Positions 1 through 12,434 of a stretch of 64,000 nucleotides of DNA are shown here, piece after piece. The notes under the pieces are model-generated. The model was not told the origin of the DNA, did no database searches, and worked only from the letters and a program-made list of their open reading frames with translations. Made by a program: the position numbers and the translations under genes. The stretch comes from Camelus ferus (taxonomy: Eukaryota). The DNA lies in contig NC_045702.1 in the NCBI RefSeq assembly GCF_009834535.1, forward strand, positions 7,440,001 through 7,504,000. The letters run 5' to 3'. Position 1 is the stretch's first letter, and each line of letters starts with the position of its first letter.

Positions 1-615
1 TCTATAAGAAGCTAGAATTTTTTTCTTAATGGAAGTTCAGCATTGAGGAAAAGATAGCAAAGTCATTCACTCACAATCTCAGGCCAGCCTTGGGCAGAGA
101 GGTTCAAGCAGAAACAAGTGTGAGAGGTCTATTATAACCCTGCCAGGCCAAATGCAGGTCCCCCGGGAAATCCCTAAGACCCAACCAGTGCTCGGAGCTC
201 TCTCTAGGATGGTCACAAGCTGTGTGCTTTGTCCAGACTGATTAGGTCATACCCAGCCCTACCTAGACCAAGCTTCCCAATTCCAGGATGAACTCACTGC
301 TCCTCAGCCCTCTGGACTAGGGAACAATCTGTCACTATTTCAAACTTCCTGGTCTCCCTCCAGCCTGGATTTATGGCCCCAGAGAACTGGGGCAAGAGGG
401 GACCAGACTTAAGATTGTGACGGCATGGAGTGAACAGCTGGTTCTTGTGTGTGTTTAGAAGTTAACTGGACTCCCTTTGGGGTCACATGTACTCTGAGCT
501 CTGCGCTAGGGGTACGATATTAAAACCAACAACAACAAAAATCTTATTTTAAAAGACTCTCAATTCCCCAGCTCTTACACCTCTCCATCCTAGCCCCTCC
601 ACCCTCCACCCTCCC

Positions 616-657
616 CTCACACACACACATCACCACCACCACCACCACCACCACCAG
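616..657. repeat. Compound (CA)n(CAC)n microsatellite in the GCC1 3' UTR region
   Basis: Visible in sequence, ~210 nt past the GCC1 stop. Confidence 0.85.
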
Positions 658-867
658 AAGACGCTGACCCAATACTTTTAGTATCTGTAGGGCCATGGAT
701 AAAATAGCATTAATGGCATTTGGCAGAAAATCTCATTCCACACTGAGGAGTCCTCCCAGTTCAACACAGTGAAGAAATGACAATGTAAGAGAAGAGGCAG
801 GAGAAACCAGAGCCTGTCCCTTCCCACATAAGAGGCACAGAAATCTGAGGAGTTAGTGCAAACGGCA

Positions 868-2163
868 TCATCTTTTGCCTGAAGACCACCAACTACCACT
901 GGTTGGGAGCCGCATGATTACTTGTTTCTCCTCTGGACTGAAGTGCAAGATAGTCAGGATGGCTGTGAGCGTCTGCTGGCGGCCCAGTGTGTCCGGCAAG
1001 GTCAGGAAGCGGTAGATGATGTTCTTGAGATACTCCAGGTTGGCTCCCTCCCGACTCTGGTCCCTCATGTTCTTTTCGATGTGGCTCTGCAGGGCAGCGA
1101 CCTCCTCCCGATGCCGCTCCCCCTGCTCCAGCAGCCGATCCTGCAGCCGATGCACCTCCACCTCCAGCCTGTGTTTCTGCTTCCTCAGCGACGTGATCTC
1201 CACCTCCTTGCGGGCCAACTGCTCGGCGTACAGGAAGAAAGTGGGCTCGTTGGCCGCTGCCAGCTGCAGGGCTTGGGTCAGGCTATCTGGGGAAGACGTG
1301 TCACCGGGCTCCCCAGGACCCACACCACCCACAGGGCTTCGGCGTCCCGGCAGCCCGGCGGACAAGGCCACCGAACGCAGCTGCTCCAGCTCCAGGTCCT
1401 TCTCAGCCAGCACGGCCAGGGCGCGGTCCCGCTGCTTGTGCAGCTCCTCCTCCAGCTTCAGCGTGCGGTCCCTGAAGTCCAGCTGGCTCCGCTCCAGCTC
1501 CTGCCGGTGGGCATGCTGCAGCCGGGCCAGCTCCTGCTTCCAGTCCTCGGCCTCCTGCTGGTGCTGGCGCTCGAGCTCCTCGCAGGACAGCCGCAGGGAG
1601 ATGTACTTCTCCTTCAGCTCTGTAAGCTGCTCCTGGGCTTCCTCCAGCTCCTTGCCCAAGTTGCCATCTCTGGCGTTCTTGCTCTTGAGGACCACCTGGG
1701 CCCGCATCTTGTACCTCTCAAACTCCTCCTTCAGCTGTTTCAGCTCCTGCTGGTAGTAGAGCGCAGTGGCCTTTTCCCCGTCGGCAGCCTCTGAGCTGGG
1801 GATCATCTCTAGGTCACAGAGCTTCTCCACGTCCAAGGTCACCTGGCTCTTCCGGGCTGCAACCTGCAGCAGCCTCTTCAACTTCTCCATCTTGTCCTTC
1901 AGGACGTTGACATCCAGGCTGGAATCCTCTCCATGGCTGTCCAGAGGGGATCGGCTGGAGGCCGCTAGCGCCAGCGTCTTGTTCTCCAGGTCCAGCTGCA
2001 GGATGCGCTCCTTCAGCTTCTGGATGGCCAGCTGGTCCTTCTGCTTGGCTTTCTCATACGTGCCTAGCAGCTCCGACACCTCGGATATTTGATTCTCCAG
2101 GGCCGCCACCCTCTGCTCTTCCACCTGTGATTGCTGGCGTAGCTGATCCTCGGCAAGGGCCGT
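868..2163 (-). CDS. GCC1: GCC1 coding exon 2 (TALAEDQLRQQ...WWSSGKR*)
   Basis: ORF 868..2235; TTTTCCAG|ACG acceptor, phase 0. Confidence 0.95.
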   Translation of the reverse strand, partial: TALAEDQLRQQSQVEEQRVAALENQISEVSELLGTYEKAKQKDQLAIQKLKERILQLDLENKTLALAASSRSPLDSHGEDSSLDVNVLKDKMEKLKRLLQVAARKSQVTLDVEKLCDLEMIPSSEAADGEKATALYYQQELKQLKEEFERYKMRAQVVLKSKNARDGNLGKELEEAQEQLTELKEKYISLRLSCEELERQHQQEAEDWKQELARLQHAHRQELERSQLDFRDRTLKLEEELHKQRDRALAVLAEKDLELEQLRSVALSAGLPGRRSPVGGVGPGEPGDTSSPDSLTQALQLAAANEPTFFLYAEQLARKEVEITSLRKQKHRLEVEVHRLQDRLLEQGERHREEVAALQSHIEKNMRDQSREGANLEYLKNIIYRFLTLPDTLGRQQTLTAILTILHFSPEEKQVIMRLPTSGSWWSSGKR

Positions 2164-4551
2164 CTGGAAAACAAGGGAACAGGTGGACATGCAGCCAGAC
2201 AAGACATGAGGCCGGATGGCAAACTGAGAAAGCAAGAAAGGGGAGCAAAAGGGTCACGGGATGGAGGTAGCCTGGTAAAAACGGGAACTCGGAGTTCTCC
2301 TGTTGATTTGGGAGCTAACCGAAGCTCCTATAACCTGTTTAGGTTCTGCTCCCAGACATACAACTACCAAACAATATTAAGAATCTTTGTAGATCTGCCG
2401 CTGTTCTGTGTTTCTGCTTTCTCCTCTCATACACCAAGCTCATAAACAAAGTGTGTTCTTTGTTAACCATGTGCTTCCCCAAATCCCATGAAGAAATCAT
2501 ATGACATCCTTTCCCTCTTTCAATATTCCTAGAAGTTCAAAACTGAGTTGGATCTCTCCCCACACTGAAAGGAGGCACTATAAAATAGTGTATCATTCCA
2601 GATGTGGATTGCCTTCCATATCAGTAAACAAAGGAAGTTGCAGCCATCAAGCCAGCAGCCCCTGCAGCCACCCCTCAACTGTGCACCCTGAAGATTCAGG
2701 ATACAGAAAAGCAGGACCCTGGCGCTAGACAGTCAAGGTACATATCAAAGGAATGATTTCAGTGAGCCCAGACTCCACATCTTCCCATACATAGAAAAGA
2801 GCTAAATTCATTAACTTGAGATGTCTGGTTTTCTTTAATTAACAGTAATCTTCTGATGTTCCGACTACCTGGTTTTTGTTGCAAAACTCCTATACAGCCT
2901 GGCTCCTCCTACCTCTTCAGAGCAGTCCCTGAGAGCTATCTGAGAGGCTATCCTCCAGGCCTAAGTCCTCACATTTGTCCACCAAATACAACAAAATTAA
3001 TTCTCAACTTCTAGGTTGTGCTTTTTTTTTTTTTTTCCCAGTTGACACAGACAAGGCAAATACTGACTGCAAGCAATTACACGAAGTTATTTTGTCTGAG
3101 AAAATTCTCTTTGCCCCCTTCGGTCACTCACCTATAGGCATATACCGCTGCCTATACAGGCATATCCCTGTAAGCATACACTCTACTTTTCACTGCACCG
3201 CTGCCCCTCTACTGCTTCACAGAGCACAGCTGGTAAGACGCCAATGCCCAGATGTTCAGAGCTGTCTGGCTCCAACCCAGCCTACACTCAGAAACTCCAC
3301 ACCCTGTCAGAAGCACACTCCTTTGACACTGTCAACACCACACAGAAAAGGGTATCCCAGGACTCACAAGTGAAACTTTCCAAATAGCGTGAAAAATCGA
3401 CAGTACTGCCATTTAGTTCTAACTACCAGATGAGAAAAGAAAAGAAAACAAAACAAAACCCTAATATTCCCCCACTTCAGGCTAAATGACTAATATTTGA
3501 AGATGATGAAAATAATTACCTTCCTCATTTCCTGCTGCAACTGAGCCTGGAAATGGCTCTTAAGGCAGGCGGCCTCTTCCTGGAGCTCCTGCAGCCGGGG
3601 GTCAGGCCGATTCTTTTCCTCTCGAAGAGCCTGCAGCTCGCCTTTCAGCTCCTCCACCTCATGGGTCAGCTGCTTGGTCTGCAGTTCAAACCCCTCCATC
3701 TGACCGGCCGCATAGGCCCGCCCAGCCAGGGCTTCCCGGGTCTCTTCCAACCGGAGCTCCAAGTCCTGGCGCTGAGTCCTCTCCTCCTGCAGCAGTTTCT
3801 GGAGCTCACGCAGCATCAAGGCATGGTCACTCTGCTCTTGGGCCCGATCGTGCTGTTGCGTGATAAGTCGGGCTTTGGTTTCTGCTATCTGCTCCTGCAG
3901 CCCCTTCAACTCTCCCTCCAGACGACCCCTCTCCTCCTCTGCCTTTTTACTGGCATCCTCTAAGTCCTGTTTCATCTTCTTTTTGTCAGCCAGATAAGAA
4001 GCTTCCATACGGGACTTCTCCTGGGTGACCGTAGCCAAAGAGCTGGTCAAAGTCGCTAACTGAGTCTTTAGCTGGTGCAGTCGTTTGTCCACCTCCCCAC
4101 CCCCAGACGGTCCATCCCCACTACTACTGCTAACACCACTCTCCGACCCGCTAGCCTCTTCGAACTTTGGAGGTGGCAGTCCGCGGGCCAGTCTGTCATC
4201 TTCTACCCCAAACTCACCCTTGGTGCTGGTGAGACTGGCCGCAGTATCCAAGCTGGTGGCGGTCCCAGTGCTATCCTCGCTGTGAGTGGAGCATCGGTCA
4301 TCCACGGAGTCAGGAAAGGTGAGGCCTTGAGGCTGGACACTTGCGAGGCCCACATCCGCCTCGTGGGATACGGACAGCACCTTGATGCTGGCCTCCAGTG
4401 CCTCTTTCTCTTTCAGTAGGCTTTTATAGGCGCGGACTACATCCTTGAGACGTGCCTGGTACTGGAGGAGCTGCTTCTTCTGAGTTTCAATGGTCTCCAG
4501 CAGGTCCTTCTTGCTTGGGCCGCCCCCGAAATTCATCCCAAACTTCTCCAT
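868..4551 (-). CDS. GCC1: GRIP and coiled-coil domain-containing protein 1 (golgin GCC88), 775 aa; coding exons 4551-3520 and 2163-868
   Basis: N-terminus MEKFGMNFGGGPSKKDLLETIE, long coiled coil, C-terminal GRIP domain (ANLEYLKNIIYRFLTL...ILHFSPEEK). GT donor after 3520, AG acceptor before 2163; 1032+1296 nt = 776 codons including TGA. Confidence 0.97.
3520..4551 (-). CDS. GCC1: GCC1 coding exon 1 (344 codons, ends ...QEMRK)
   Basis: ORF 3490..4551; AAG|GTAATT donor, phase 0. Confidence 0.95.
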
Positions 4552-4559
4552 GAGGGTTC

Positions 4560-5250
4560 AGGATGGGTTGCTCCACGTCAGCGTTCGGACAGCCTGGGAG
4601 AGGGTCACGAAGCCGCTGGCGGGGGCTGTAACCGACGGGGACAGAGTTGTCCCCGCAGCAGCACATCCACTCCTCACAGCTGTACTATACCGGATGCTGG
4701 GCGGCGGGGCAGCCTGGCAGAAGCGCCCGCCAGGACCCCCGGCTGGAGGGCGCGGTTGGGTCCTATCCTAGAGGCGGGGCGACGGTGGCACCAGAGGGGC
4801 ACACTGCCAGGGCTCGCCCGCACTATCCCAGAAGCCGCTCCACGAGACCTGCTCGCCCGGGCCACAGCAGCACTCAACGGCCCTCGGCGCACGATCTGCC
4901 GAACGTTTAAGCTAAGCGTAGCCCCATCCGACTTCCTAACTCTAGCGGCGCGACAACGGCGCTTCCGGGTCCGCTGGAAGTGACGACAGCAAGACGCCTC
5001 AGGTCCCGCCCCTAGGGGAGCGAGGTGGGCAGGGCTACTTCAGCTGGTGGATTGGAGGCGGCCTGTTGAGAAGTCAGCCCGGATGAGAGCTGGTTGCTCC
5101 CCATCAGAGCAGAGAAAGCAAAGTAGCGTACACATGAGTGATGTTGGTTTCGAGAGGGCGCCTGAGCTTGCCCTAGGGCTATGATCAAGGAGGGGCCGGG
5201 GCGACATCGCACTGAGTCTTTACTAAACACCGGAGTAAAGGACAGGCCCC
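4560..5250. promoter_or_regulatory. GCC1 CpG-island promoter and 5' UTR
   Basis: CpG-dense; ETS-like CTTCCGG 4962-4968 and GGAAGTGACG 4977-4986; lies directly upstream of the GCC1 ATG. Confidence 0.75.
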
Positions 5251-5329
5251 CAACGTTTGTGGGCTCAGTACATTTGTCCCTAAAGAGCAACAATTAAGAC
5301 TCCCATTTAGATCACGAAAATGGCAGCCC

Positions 5330-6450
5330 TGTCTAGGACAGCATTTGGCACCTAGTAGGTGTATAGTGTAGTACTTATTAGCACCCTTCCTAAGTTCTGC
5401 TGAGTTGATTCAACAAATATATAGAGAGGGCACCCTATAGCCATGATGTCCATCCTAAGTACCAACTACATTTCAGGAGCTTCACAGGGGTTTTGCTATT
5501 TAGTCTTCACAATAATCCTGCTGAATGGGTATTATTAGCACTATTTTATAGATAGAGTAACATGAGGCACCGAGAGGTTAAGTAACACGCCTAAGGATGA
5601 GTAGTGATTTCCCATCTAACTAGAGATGAGGGAAACAAGCATTGCAGGCAGAGAGAAAAACTTGCAAGGACTCCAGGGGGATCAGAGAGCCTGGCTCACC
5701 TGAGGAAACACTGAGAATCATTTCAAGGAGTAGCTTAGAGTATATGGAGGAGGTGACAGTAGATGAGGCTGGCACAATAAATGAGGACCCCAATTAAGGT
5801 ATTTGAAATTGACCTTGGGTGATAAGAGACTTAAGGATTTTCATCACAAGAGTGGCATCAAGTCTCATATGACATTGTAGAGACACCAAAGTGCAGAAGG
5901 CCATTTTCAGTCATGGGAATGAGAGAGTAGTGAAACAGAGCACTAACAGGGATGGGAAGAGGCTAATTAAAAGAGCTAAAGATGTAGAATTGACCTGACT
6001 TGGGCACCACCAGTTGTGTTATTGTATCAGGACTCTTTTAAATGTGCTCTTCAACCTTGTAAAAGCCTTCTTAGGAATGCAAGTCTAGGATTGAAAAGTA
6101 AAAAAGTCATGTACTCACTCATACCCAGTGCCCAGAGTTTGTCTCTTTACAGACTTTGAGGGTCAGGATGGAGTAGACCCAGTTTCTTAGTAGCCCAGAT
6201 AACATCCAGCTGCATCATAGAAAACATTCAAGATGCATTACCTCATCATTTTAATCTTCACCATAACCTCATGAGACAGGACAGATACTAGTCTCCTTTT
6301 CTAGATGAGAAAATGATAGGTTGTGAGTATTGTTGAAGTCAAGCCCTCAACAACAACAAAAAAAAGGCAGAACTGAGATTTGAACTGAGGCCTGCAACAA
6401 TGGCACATAGTAGACACTCAATAAATAATTGTTAAATGAGTATATGAAGG
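5330..6450. mobile_element. Degenerate MIR and L2 fragments between the GCC1 and ARF5 promoters
   Basis: MIR-like core text (e.g. gaggcaccgagaggttaagtaac, tagatgagaaaatga...gagatttgaactgagg) and L2-like tails; boundaries approximate. Confidence 0.55.
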
Positions 6451-7638
6451 AAGAGGGAAGGGTCTCTGATTCCCAGATCACCTTACCATGTCCAGTCCAT
6501 AAGCAATTGATCCTAGAAGCCCACTGGGAATCCTGAAGAGGCAAAAGGCCTGCCCCTGCTCCACTGAGCAACCAATTAGTCCAATCAACCCAGCCAACAT
6601 TTCTTAAGCATATGTTAAGTGCCTGGCATTGACCCAGTCTCTGACACAGAAGAAATTTAAATTAATTCCTATGTTGCTATTTCCCCCCAGATGCTAAGTT
6701 GAGTGGGGAAATAACTTGTTAAGTTCTTTGGTAAGAGCATCACAAAATCCTAGATAATTGTGCATTAAAAATCTAGGTTCCTAGGTCTGCGGCAGTGAGA
6801 AAGGAGCTTCAGAAAGGCTGCCTGGTGCGACTGAAAGGCATTGTTTCCAAGGGCCATTGAGGCGAACTGTTAAGTTCTCCACTATGCAGGAGTAGGGTCT
6901 ACGATCCCGCCACCCGGAACTGGGGCTCTTTCACAGGTTCTGCTGATTGGAGCTCTATGGAACAGGCGTTTTAAGGAACCACGAAGGCCAGCTATCACTC
7001 GGGCATCTTCTTCCACCTCTGGAGCACTCCTCTGGAGATTCTGTGGTCACTGAACCACTTGCTACGTTCAAAGTCCCTCGCTGGGAGCCGAGAGGACAAA
7101 AGAGGGCTAAGACATCAGCACAGAACTTCCGCTCCCTCCCCGGGTGGGTGGTACACACAGTCGAGGCTGCTAGTTACCAAGAGGTAAACCGGTGAGCAGA
7201 GCGGACTGGAAGGAACAAACCAAAACCCAGGGCCGGCCACTGAAGATAGGGGTGGAGGGCCGTTATGGAGCGTTGTGGGCTTTCTTCGGCCCGGATTGCC
7301 GATTCAGCAGCCACAGACCTGACAGGCGTGCTAGAAACAGTAGGAGACCCAGACCCTTTCAATCTTTAAAGTCGGCGCGCGACCCGGAGAAGCTGCGGAG
7401 ATTCACTCGGCATGGGTGTCTCCCAGAGTCAGGGCCCGGGGGGGCGGGGGCGGGGCTAAGGGCTGGGTGGGGCGGAGCCATGGCGGGGGCGGGCCCGGGG
7501 TGACGTAGGGCGGGCCAGGACGCGCGGAGGCGGCGGCGGCACCTCCTCCTTCTGCTGCTGCGCCCCATCCCCCAGCCGCCGGCCGGTTCCAGCCCGCACC
7601 CCGTGTCGGTGCCCGCGCCCCCTCCCCCCGGCCCCGCC

Positions 7639-10108
<2,470 letters not shown>

Positions 10109-10488
10109 CCGACCAGGGGCCGGCCCCTGCTGCCCGGAAGCTCCCGCGTGCATCCCGGGAGGACCAGACTCCCGGACTCCTCAGGCCGTGCCCCTCCCTC
10201 CCAGCTCCTCTTCCCCGGCAGACACAGGCCTCTGCTCCGGCTCCTGCCTGCATGTTCTCTCTGTTGTCGGATCCTGGAGCCCGGCTCTCTGGGCACGGAG
10301 TGGTCCGCTCTCCTGCCTGCTGGGAGCTGTGGAAAGGGGCTTCCAGGGCCAAGGCCCCTTCTTCCAAAGGAGGAGCAGAGATCTGGGTTTACTTTTGTTT
10401 TTTCCATTTTGGGTGTACCCTTGGGGCCAGGTGGGGAGGGAAGGTGAGGGCTCCGGGTGGTGCTATGATGTGGCACTGGATATTGAGT

Positions 10489-10494
10489 AATAAA
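10489..10494 (+). terminator. ARF5 polyadenylation signal AATAAA
   Basis: Canonical hexamer ~380 nt after the stop, followed by a GU-rich downstream element (gtggtttgt...gtggtgttgt). Confidence 0.8.
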
Positions 10495-10631
10495 TTTGCT
10501 GTGGTTTGTACGTGGTGTTGTCCATAGCCTAGAGGTGGGGGGCTGGATTGTTGGCTGTAAAGAGACAATATAGGGGAGGCTCAAAGCAGCTAAGGGTGCA
10601 GGTCCCACCCCCTCCACTGAGTGGGTGCGTG

Positions 10632-10663
<32 letters not shown>

Positions 10664-10854
10664 ATCACTGCCCTCATCTAGCCCAGCTCCTCCGTCCTCA
10701 TTCTCGAGGCTGGAAGTACTTTAGGGGCTCCAGTGGAAGAAATCCCATTCCTTCCCCAATTCCAAGGAGCCTTTTCTGAGGGTAACAGGCTCTGCCTTCG
10801 TGGTTCCATAGGCCACACAATCCCATTTCCCATCCATCTCCCAGCTACTTAGAG

Positions 10855-11170
10855 CAGTGGTTCTTAATGATGACTGTGCACATTAAAATTTGAGGGGCAA
10901 GGAATACTTATTAAAAATAAGAGTCCTGAGGTGCACTTCAGAAAATGTGATTCAGGGGGAGGGTATAGCTCAGTGGTAAAATGCATGCGTAGCATGTACA
11001 AGGTCCTGGGTTAAATCCCCAGTATCTCTGTTTAAAAATAAATAAATAAATAAATAAATAAACCTAAAATTACCTCATGAAAAAATATTTTAAAAAGGAA
11101 AAAGAAAAAAATTTTTTTAGATGTGATTCATCAGAACTGGTCTGAGGCCCAAGAATATGCATTTTGGTGT
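10855..11170. mobile_element. MER5A-like hAT-Charlie MITE, split by a SINE
   Basis: cagtggttctt start and gattca...gtctgaggcccaagaatatgcatttt resemble the MER5A consensus as recalled. Confidence 0.5.
10955..11120 (+). mobile_element. tRNA-derived SINE (Vic-1-like), copy 1
   Basis: GGGGAGGGTATAGCTCAGTGG A-box, degenerate B-box, (AAAT)n tail; TSD atgtgattca at 10945-10954 and 11121-11130. Confidence 0.85.
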
Positions 11171-12290
11171 TTCTACCACTCGTAGCCTATTAGCCTTGTT
11201 TTATAAAACATTGTTAGGGCCTGGGGGATTACGGCCCCTCATTGTGCACCCCTGAGACTTTCTACCTGTGAAGACTTCACCTACGGGGAAGAGGAAGATG
11301 CGTGTACTGGACCAGGGCTGTGGGCTATTCAGGTATGGCTCACTCTGCCCATTTCTCTTTGCATCCTAGCAAAGCTTAAACAAGACCCACTATCACCATG
11401 ATTATTTCTTTTTCCCTTTGTCCCTTCTTATTTCATGTCGGTTTCTCCAAGTTCTGAGGTGGTTTTCTCCATGGGCTTTGTAGGTAGTGAATCCTGGAGG
11501 CGGTTGACCAGCAGAGACTCCTTCATCAGGGAAGGGCGGGTACCCTTAGGGGCAGCCCTGGCTGTCTGTCCAGCAGCAGTGCACCTGGGGACTGTGAGGA
11601 GGGTGTTCTGTGCTCCCCCAACCTGGGCCATTCTCCTTACCCTGCTCCTGAGTCAGCCTTTCCTGACTGACACGAGTAATTGGATTCTTGCTGGTTACCT
11701 AGGGTTTCCTCACACTCCCTGAAAAGTACCCTCTGAGACATTTTGGTCTCATTCTCCCAAGGGCCATAAAAGTTAATAGATTTTTCTTGGATATCTTGAA
11801 TTCTAAAAACACTTGAACCCCGTGGGATCCAGGCAGAACCCACTTCTAAAGAAGAAAGAGGCCGGTTTCTATCCTGCCACTGAAATGAGAAACAGAAGTG
11901 GAGAAGGGGAGGGACTTGCCTGAAGTCGCAGGTGGTCACTGGCACAAGCTGAAGTTCTGCTTCCCAGTCTTAACTCGGTGCCCTCGGTGCCTGCAGTGAG
12001 GTGGGAGGATAAAGCCAGAGGCCCCGGACCCACTTCCTCTGGCCCGTGGATTGATGTTGCTGAGCCAGTCCTTTCCCCTCTGTGGTGGGATAAGAGGCAG
12101 ACCTCACAGTCACAATGCTCCCGGGTCACAGAGGCACTGGGCCCCAGGCCGGCCTCTGCCCGGGAAGTTCCCTCTGGGAACGTCTTCTGGTGGGTACTAA
12201 GGGCCTGATTCCAGGCCCTATGGCCTGTGGAACCTCACCACTGGGGGGAAGGCTGGGCCGGACGGAGTCATCACCTGTGGTGCCGGCCGC

Positions 12291-12434
12291 ATGGACGAGG
12301 TGGAGTGGATGCCAAGACAACCCAAGGCCGAGGACCTAAGGGTTGGGCTCATCAGCTGGGCAGGATCCTACCTCACTTTTGAGACATATAAGAATACGGT
12401 CACTGCTACTGCAAAGGGTTTGGGCCGGAGACAG
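12291..12434 (+). CDS. FSCN3: FSCN3 coding exon 1
   Basis: ORF 12291; CAG|gtaatg donor. Confidence 0.93.

Noticed and set aside
922-2092. Long plus-strand ORFs (290, 246 and 108 aa) antisense to GCC1 exon 2, plus similar ones over exon 1
   Set aside because: Shadow frames expected from CAG/GAG/CTG-rich coiled-coil codons; low-complexity Leu/Gln or Ser/Cys translations with no promoter or splice support
7480-7503. Strong-Kozak ATG mini-ORF (MAGAGPG*) upstream of ARF5
   Set aside because: Lies within the GC-box cluster, probably upstream of the TSS; more likely promoter sequence than a uORF
10955-11010. tRNA-like sequences
   Set aside because: They are SINE heads with A-rich tails and TSDs, not tRNA genes
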